Shown here: in pieces, positions 26,380 through 32,000 of the stretch
Layout: every line of letters begins with the position of its first letter
Position numbering within the stretch: the stretch's first letter is position 1
Assembly: GCF_000260965.1 (NCBI RefSeq)
Contig: NC_017856.1
Location: 2,040,001 to 2,072,000 of the forward strand
Source of the DNA: Methylophaga frappieri
GTDB taxonomy: Bacteria; Pseudomonadota; Gammaproteobacteria; Nitrosococcales; Methylophagaceae
DNA: 32,000 nucleotides
Direction: 5' to 3'
The notes under the pieces: generated by a model
What the model was told of the DNA's origin: nothing
The model's database searches: none
Seen by the model: only the letters and a program-made list of their open reading frames with translations
Made by a program: the position numbers and the translations under genes

Positions 26380-26405
26380 ACGGCCTGCAGTAGCAGACCG
26401 TTTTT
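26380..26405. terminator. Bidirectional terminator between the kinase gene (+) and the second PepSY gene (-)
   Basis: A7, hairpin acggcctgc-agta-gcagaccgt (26380-26401, one mismatch), then T5. Confidence 0.7.
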
Positions 26406-26428
26406 AAGTTCAATGAAGGTAACCACGA

Positions 26429-26734
26429 TTAGTAATCTTGTTTCACTTTTATGATTTCACCTGATTTGGCATCAATGTAAATGTCCCATTCGGCGCCTTG
26501 ACTATCAGCGATTTCAATTTCGTATTGATAGCCCTGACCATTGCCTTCCAAATCAATGTCATCAACCACGCCCGCTTTATTATCTTGGGCAATCTTGACG
26601 GCTTCCTCTGTAGAAATCAGATCAAACTGATCGATTTTTTGCTGCATTTCCCGATGGTCATCATCGGCATGTGCGACGGAAAACAGACCGAGAGAAATCA
26701 AGCCTGCGAGAGTGATTTTATTTACGGTTTTCAT
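26429..26734 (-). CDS. PepSY-domain periplasmic protein (second copy)
   Basis: 101 aa. Signal peptide MKTVNKITLAGLISLGLFSVAHA. PepSY core GVVDDIDLEGNGQGYQYEIEIADSQGAEWDIYIDAKSGEI. AAGGAGA RBS. Confidence 0.8.
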   Translation of the reverse strand: MKTVNKITLAGLISLGLFSVAHADDDHREMQQKIDQFDLISTEEAVKIAQDNKAGVVDDIDLEGNGQGYQYEIEIADSQGAEWDIYIDAKSGEIIKVKQDY

Positions 26735-26753
26735 GTTTTATCTCCTTGCCTTT

Positions 26754-26790
26754 TGATTAAGGTAGGCTCAGCTTACGAAACCAAGCTGAA
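26754..26790 (-). promoter_or_regulatory. Predicted response-regulator-dependent promoter of the second PepSY gene
   Basis: The minus strand reads TTCAGCT (26790-26784), N4, TTCGTAA (26779-26773), GCTG, AGCCTACCTT (26768-26759, the reverse complement of the 10-mer at 24004-24013). A -10-like TAATCA (26759-26754) lies 19 nt before the ATG. Confidence 0.5.
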
Positions 26791-27118
26791 TCAAACCTGA
26801 AAAAAATGTGTGCTTTAAGAACGCTTTAATTAGAAGTCATCAGTTTCAAGGGCAATACATGCGTAATTGTCAGGAAGCTGATTGTTGATAGAATCAGCCA
26901 TCGCTGCCAAATGAAAAAATTTGCCTAAACGAGGATGCTCAAGGCACACTGTCTTTTAAAAGGTAATTAATCAGCTTGTTTAAGAGGGTGACAAAGCGGC
27001 GGCTAGTGGGTCGTTATGTTTATCCTGACACAAAATGCAACGGGGCATGCTAAACACTGCTGGTCGGCGGCGACACTTGACGCTGCCAACAACAAAAAGC
27101 TTGCATTGGAGTCGCATT

Positions 27119-27550
27119 ATGCAGTTGACTACCCATACTGATTATTCCCTGAGACTGTTGATTTATCTCGCTGTTAAACAGGATGAAAAAGCAACGATAC
27201 AAGACGCGGCGGCGCGATTTGATATCTCTGCCAATCATTTGGCCAAAGTAGTCCAAACGCTGGTCCAACTGAATTATGTTGTGAGTCATCGAGGACGTGG
27301 TGGTGGCTTGCGTCTGGGCTTACCGACGGAATCGATTAATATTGGCAAATTAGTCAGACAGACTGAAAATCTTCAGCTTTTGCCGTGTTTCGGCAATAAA
27401 ACGGCCTGTGCAATTGATTCAGCCTGTACCCTAAAAGGCGTTCTGGCACGGGCACAGCAGGCATTTCTTAAAGTATTGGACGACTACACGCTGTCGGATT
27501 TAATCGGGGCGCACCAGCAACAACTCAAACAACTGCTCAACGTAGCGTAA
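27119..27550 (+). CDS. nsrR: Rrf2-family regulator, NsrR-like (NO-sensing Fe-S repressor)
   Basis: The ATG at 27119 lies 7 nt after GGAG (the track ORF starts upstream at 27035). MQLTTHTDYSLRLLIYLA...ISANHLAKVVQ.L......S.RGRGGGLRLG is colinear with E. coli NsrR. Three-Cys cluster CFGNKTACAIDSAC. Confidence 0.75.
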   Translation: MQLTTHTDYSLRLLIYLAVKQDEKATIQDAAARFDISANHLAKVVQTLVQLNYVVSHRGRGGGLRLGLPTESINIGKLVRQTENLQLLPCFGNKTACAIDSACTLKGVLARAQQAFLKVLDDYTLSDLIGAHQQQLKQLLNVA

Positions 27551-27702
27551 AACCCAGTGATTTGGCTTGTTTCCCAAGCGCATCCTGCTGTGGGATAAAA
27601 AATAATCGGATCAATGTGTGCCGAATCCCGTTTAGTTGCTAGCCTCGGCATGATTGTTTCTGGAATTTCACCTGACAACGCGTTACGCTCTTTGCTTAAT
27701 GG

Positions 27703-30690
27703 ATGACTGCTAGTAAGGGAAGAGCACTCTGTATGCAAAGCATGAACCGATATTTGCAACAGCGTTGGCCAAGTCAGGTGTTGAGCCTGACCTTGCTGGT
27801 AGGGATATTATTGACGGACAGCCTGACCCAGGCAGACTTTGGCCATGGTTTACTTTATTGTCCGGTGCTTTTGCTTGCCGCGTTGAGCCAATCAAAGCGA
27901 TTTTTAATGGGCGTCTTTTGGGGCAGCTTTGCGCTGATTTGGCTGGGTTTATTTTTAACCATTCATTTCAATGCCGATGCGTTTAGCGCAATACTGATAC
28001 TAAACCGGCTATTAGCCTGCCTTGTCCTCATCATTCTTTATATATTATGTCTACGGAATTTGTACCGTCAGCAGCAACATAGCGCAGCACAACAGCAGCT
28101 GCAGCTGACTGCCGATTTAGTCCGGGTTGGCGGCTGGCAGTTACGAGATCAGACGGTGACGTTAAGCCCGGCTGCCAAAGAAATTTTGTCGGTCTCCACA
28201 TCACAACTCAGCCTGTCTGCATTTGCTGGTTTATTTCTGGAAAGCGATGCAAAACAACTTTGTCAGCACATCCAGCAGCAGTCGCTGCCTATGGCACAGT
28301 CCGTTCGTCAGCATCGGTCCAATGGGGGGATCAAATGGCTGCGTATCGTTGCTTCTGCGGAGGCACATCGCCATGTGACTGGTGTGATTCAGGATATCCA
28401 TGCCTCACAACTCCAAGAAGCACGGTCGCAAGAGGAAGAACGTCGACTGCGGTTTATCGCCGACAGTATGCAAATGTTTATCTGGAGTGCCTGGCCCGAT
28501 GGCCGTCTAGATTATGTCTCCCGCTATACCGTTGATTACACTGGCGAAGATGAGTCAGAAATTTTGCCTAACTGGCTGAGTTTTTTGCACCCGGATGATC
28601 AAGAACCAACCCGACTTCGTTGGCAACAGTCCATTCAGACTGGCGAGCCGTATACCATGGAGTTTCGTATTCGTCGTCATGATGGTGAATATAATTGGTT
28701 TTTAACCAAGGCAATGCCAGCTCGTGATGAAATGGGTGAAATTTTTAAATGGTATGGTTCAGGCATTGATATTGGCGAAAGCAAGCAGTTACAGCAACAC
28801 AGTGAAACGCTGTCTCGGCAGTTACAGTCAACATTATCAAGTATTACCGATGCTTTTTTTACCCTCGATAAAGCAATGTGTTTTAGTTACGCCAATCAAC
28901 AAGCCTGTTCTTTGCTGGGTAAAACGCAGTCTACATTGTTAAATCGATGCCATATCAATCAAACCAGTCTTGATGACGATGGCGCTTTTTCGATTCAATT
29001 AGAGCGTGGATTGTTATCGCGTAAGATGATGACATTTGAATTCTGGTACGCCGAGCGGCATAGCTGGTTGGATGTCCGGGTCTATCCTGCTGAAGCTGGC
29101 CTTACCGTTTATCTTCGTGACATTACGCGTCAAAGAAGTGCTCAGGAAGAACTGAAACTGTTGCGGAGTGCTGTCTCTCAGTTAAATGATATTGTCATTA
29201 TTACCGACGCCGCGCCAATTGATGAGCCGGGACCTCGTATCGTATTTGTTAACGATGCCTTTGAGCGATTAACTGGATATCGCCGTGACGAGGTTATCGG
29301 CAAGTCGCCGCGGTTTCTACAAGGACCAAAAACACAGCGTGGTGAGCTTGATAAGATTCGCCGTGCGTTATTAACCAAGCAGCCAGTCAGGACAAAATTG
29401 ACCAACTATCATAAGTCGGGTCACGAGATTGAGATGGAGCTCAGTATTGTGCCTATCACCATTGATGCTGGGCGCATATCTCACATTGTTTCTGTACAGC
29501 GGGAAATTAGTGGTGAATTAAATCTTCAGAAACAATTGCAGCTGGCACAGCGAATGGAAGCGGTGGGGCAATTAACCGGTGGGATCGCACATGATTTTAA
29601 TAACTTGCTGACGGTCATCAGTGGTAACAACGCATTATTAGCCGAATCAATACAACAACCGAACCTGTTGGCTTTAACCAAGCTGATAGGTGATGCCGCG
29701 GAGCGTGGAGCGCGGTTGACAGGAAATCTACTGGCATTTGCCCGGCGTCAGCCGCTATTGCCAACCCAGGTTGATATTAATGAGCTGATTGAAAAAATGC
29801 ACGAGCTGCTACTGAGTTCGCTCGGACAGCATATTAGCCTGAAACTGGATCTGACAGCAGATCTCTGGCCAGTCAGCCTGGATCCGGTACAGATGGAAAG
29901 TTGTTTGTTGAACCTGATTATCAATAGTCGTGATGCGATGCCTGAAGGCGGACATATTACTATCCAAAGTCAAAATTGCAATGCAGATGAGCAGGCTGAC
30001 GATACCGAATTACGGGGTCAGGAGTGGGTCGTGATCAGCGTGCTTGATAGTGGTGGTGGCATTTCAGCAGAAATCATCGATAAAATTTTTGAACCTTTTT
30101 TCACCACCAAGGCCAAAGGCAAGGGAAGTGGTCTTGGGTTAAGCATGATTTTTGGCTTTATCAAGCAGAGTGGTGGGCATATCCGGGTTCAGTCAGAGGC
30201 AACGACGGGAACGTGCTTTCGGCTGTATCTGCCACCCTCCGATGAGGCATCAGATGACGAGGATCAGCAGGCTATAACTGATGAAGCTTTACTCGACAAG
30301 ATTTCGACCGCTGACAAAACGATTCTGGTCGTCGATGATGATGATCTGGTCCGGCAATATGCCGTGTCGCAATTACATGCGGCGGGTTATCGGGTGTTGT
30401 CAACAAATAGCGCGGAAAAGGCCCTGACCTGGTTACAATCGACGCAAGCCATAGATCTCCTGTTTACTGATGTGCTGATGCCGGACAGTTTTTCGGGTAC
30501 GCTCTTGGCGCAAAAAGTGCAGCAATGTCGGCCGAATCTGCCGGTATTATTCACCTCTGGTTTCACTGAAAATGCGCTGGATGAGGTTTCAGCCCCGCTC
30601 CTGCAACAGCATTTATTGCGCAAGCCCTATGATCGTGCGACGCTGTTGCAAAGGATTGCACAACTGCTGGCAGACAGTGAAGGAACATGA
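27703..30690 (+). CDS. Hybrid sensor histidine kinase: N-terminal membrane module, multiple PAS domains (one LOV-type), HisKA-HATPase-REC
   Basis: 995 aa (an alternative ATG at 27733 follows AAGGGAAG). About 4 TM helices and 3-4 PAS/PAC domains. H-box GGIAHDFNNLLTVI, N-box LINSRDAM, G2 GSGLGLSM. C-terminal REC (ILVVDDDD...DLLFTDVLMP...LRKPY). Confidence 0.9.
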   Translation: MTASKGRALCMQSMNRYLQQRWPSQVLSLTLLVGILLTDSLTQADFGHGLLYCPVLLLAALSQSKRFLMGVFWGSFALIWLGLFLTIHFNADAFSAILILNRLLACLVLIILYILCLRNLYRQQQHSAAQQQLQLTADLVRVGGWQLRDQTVTLSPAAKEILSVSTSQLSLSAFAGLFLESDAKQLCQHIQQQSLPMAQSVRQHRSNGGIKWLRIVASAEAHRHVTGVIQDIHASQLQEARSQEEERRLRFIADSMQMFIWSAWPDGRLDYVSRYTVDYTGEDESEILPNWLSFLHPDDQEPTRLRWQQSIQTGEPYTMEFRIRRHDGEYNWFLTKAMPARDEMGEIFKWYGSGIDIGESKQLQQHSETLSRQLQSTLSSITDAFFTLDKAMCFSYANQQACSLLGKTQSTLLNRCHINQTSLDDDGAFSIQLERGLLSRKMMTFEFWYAERHSWLDVRVYPAEAGLTVYLRDITRQRSAQEELKLLRSAVSQLNDIVIITDAAPIDEPGPRIVFVNDAFERLTGYRRDEVIGKSPRFLQGPKTQRGELDKIRRALLTKQPVRTKLTNYHKSGHEIEMELSIVPITIDAGRISHIVSVQREISGELNLQKQLQLAQRMEAVGQLTGGIAHDFNNLLTVISGNNALLAESIQQPNLLALTKLIGDAAERGARLTGNLLAFARRQPLLPTQVDINELIEKMHELLLSSLGQHISLKLDLTADLWPVSLDPVQMESCLLNLIINSRDAMPEGGHITIQSQNCNADEQADDTELRGQEWVVISVLDSGGGISAEIIDKIFEPFFTTKAKGKGSGLGLSMIFGFIKQSGGHIRVQSEATTGTCFRLYLPPSDEASDDEDQQAITDEALLDKISTADKTILVVDDDDLVRQYAVSQLHAAGYRVLSTNSAEKALTWLQSTQAIDLLFTDVLMPDSFSGTLLAQKVQQCRPNLPVLFTSGFTENALDEVSAPLLQQHLLRKPYDRATLLQRIAQLLADSEGT

Positions 30691-32000
30691 TGGGCATGAC
30701 AGAAAAACGACTTCTTGTACTTGATGATGATGCGCTCACTGGCGAGACCTTGAAGAATGTCGCTGAGTTTGCCGGTATGTGCGTACATGTCACCAGCTCG
30801 CCCCACGATTTTTTTACTGAAATTGATAACTGGGCTCCGACGCATATTGCGCTGGATCTGGTGATGCCGGAAATGGACGGGGTTGAAGTGCTGACCGAGC
30901 TCAGTAAAAGGCAGGTGAGTGCGTACATCATGATCACCAGCGGCGTGGGGCAGCAAGTATTACAGGCGGCGGCTCGCTCAGCCTCAGCACATGGCCTTAA
31001 CATCATTGGCGTACTACCCAAGCCATTCAGTCCACAACATTTTCGCGAGGTGGTGAATGCCGCCCCACAGCTGTCGGATGAACTCATGTCTGATAATGCT
31101 CGTGGTAGTAAAGAAATTACGGTCGCTGCTTTACAGGAAGCGATAGAAAACGAACAGTTGTACGTCGTATTCCAGCCCAAAGTCGAATGTCAAAGCGGGT
31201 TGCTGACAGGTTTTGAGGCATTGGCCCGCTGGCAGCACCCTGAATTGGGCTTTGTGTCACCGGATCAGTTTATTGCTGTTGCTGAAAAAAATAATCTTAT
31301 CGACTTGCTGACGCGGCTTGTATTCAAAAAAGCTTTGATCTGGTTCAGTGGTTTTTGTCAGCAAAAAGCTTTCTCCAACATTGCCAGCACGGCGCGTCCC
31401 TTACTGTGCTCAATCAACATTTCCGTGTTGTCACTGAGAAATCTGGACTTGTTCAACACCTTGGACGCGTTATGTCAGCAATATGGTGTGGCACCAGAAC
31501 AAATTATGCTGGAATTGACGGAAACTGGCGCGATGGATGATGCGGTCGCCTCATTAGACTTGCTTACCCGGTTACGGATGCGTGGTTTTCAGTTATCAAT
31601 TGATGACTTTGGCACAGGCTTCTCATCGATGCTGCAACTGGTAAGAATGCCCTTTTCTGAAGTGAAAATTGATAAGTCATTTATTATGACCGTCAATCAT
31701 TCACGGGAGTCGCGGTTGGTCACCAAAGCAATCATTGATCTGGCCCATAGTCTGGACATGTTGGTGATAGCGGAAGGTATTGAGGATGAGCCAACATTGG
31801 CGTTTCTCCAGCAGCTGGGATGTGACAAAGCACAGGGATATTATATTGGTCGTCCGTTAGCGACGTCGGAAGTCGACAGTTGGTTAGTCGAGCGCATGAA
31901 TTTGGTTGAAAAGCTGCGTTTAGAACGGCTACATGCGCTTAAATTGCTGGATACGCCATCGGAACAGCGTTTTGATCGCTTAACCCGTTTAGCCAAGCGC
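30687..32000 (+). CDS. Response regulator REC-EAL (c-di-GMP phosphodiesterase) with a probable following GAF domain; 3' end outside the window
   Basis: Not in the ORF track because it has no stop. I translated frame 30687 to 32000 by hand and it is open. MMGMTEKRLLVLDDD...ALDLVMPEMDG...LPKPF is the REC domain. The EAL motifs are FEALARWQHP, LELTETG, IDDFGTGFSS, KIDKSFI, AEGIED and QGYYIGRP. The tail RLHALKLLDTPSEQRFDRLTRLAKR is typical of the lead-in to a GAF domain. ATGA overlap with the kinase stop. Confidence 0.88.
   Translation, partial: MMGMTEKRLLVLDDDALTGETLKNVAEFAGMCVHVTSSPHDFFTEIDNWAPTHIALDLVMPEMDGVEVLTELSKRQVSAYIMITSGVGQQVLQAAARSASAHGLNIIGVLPKPFSPQHFREVVNAAPQLSDELMSDNARGSKEITVAALQEAIENEQLYVVFQPKVECQSGLLTGFEALARWQHPELGFVSPDQFIAVAEKNNLIDLLTRLVFKKALIWFSGFCQQKAFSNIASTARPLLCSINISVLSLRNLDLFNTLDALCQQYGVAPEQIMLELTETGAMDDAVASLDLLTRLRMRGFQLSIDDFGTGFSSMLQLVRMPFSEVKIDKSFIMTVNHSRESRLVTKAIIDLAHSLDMLVIAEGIEDEPTLAFLQQLGCDKAQGYYIGRPLATSEVDSWLVERMNLVEKLRLERLHALKLLDTPSEQRFDRLTRLAKR

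Noticed and set aside
30563-31180. 205-aa and 109-aa minus-strand ORFs (30563..31180, 30627..30956) from the track
   Set aside because: These are shadow ORFs antisense to the clearly real REC-EAL reading frame (30687 onward), which carries full REC and EAL motifs. They have low-complexity Ser/Ala/Cys-rich composition and no RBS.
1-32000. Looked for CRISPR arrays, tRNA/rRNA genes, IS elements, integrases, prophage or toxin-antitoxin/defence cassettes
   Set aside because: I noticed no regularly spaced repeats, tRNA-like T-arm/acceptor patterns, transposase or recombinase catalytic motifs, or nuclease/ATPase defence-type ORFs. The window looks like core or accessory chromosomal DNA rather than a mobile island.

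Overview
This looks like chromosomal gammaproteobacterial DNA with about 37 coding regions on both strands. I saw no rRNA, tRNA, CRISPR array, transposase or integrase. An orphan pqqA and a possible 2-oxoglutarate-dehydrogenase bypass hint at a methylotroph-like marine gammaproteobacterium, but that is a guess, not a search result.

Content falls into four groups:
- Stress and stationary-phase genes: ohrR-like MarR, pdxH, tpx, dps, cfa, blc, an entericidin-type micro-lipoprotein, an ElaB/YqjD plus YqjE-like pair, and UPF0391.
- An envelope cluster: FecR-domain protein, OmpA-like lipoprotein and TolC-family outer membrane protein.
- Metabolism and transport: a Na+/solute symporter, and a ThDP-enzyme plus aldehyde-dehydrogenase pair.
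- Signalling genes: a Crp/Fnr regulator, a CHASE-PAS-GGDEF-EAL protein, an OmpR/PhoQ-type two-component system flanked by two PepSY genes, and an NsrR / hybrid PAS kinase / REC-EAL(-GAF) block.

Three coding regions are missing from the supplied ORF track:
- A 23-aa PqqA precursor peptide at 14673..14744 (-).
- A 48-aa entericidin-like lipoprotein at 4334..4480 (-).
- A REC-EAL gene that starts at 30687 and runs off the window end.

The best leads are:
- The monocistronic orphan pqqA.
- A shared direct-repeat promoter architecture in front of both PepSY genes.
- A LOV-type PAS domain whose adduct-forming Cys is replaced by Pro.
- The ThDP-enzyme/aldehyde-dehydrogenase pair as a possible 2-oxoglutarate decarboxylase/succinic-semialdehyde dehydrogenase bypass.
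- A PF10136-like polytopic membrane protein grouped with an ankyrin protein and the entericidin gene.

I found no convincing defence island or mobile element. All family assignments are from visual or remembered similarity and need database confirmation.
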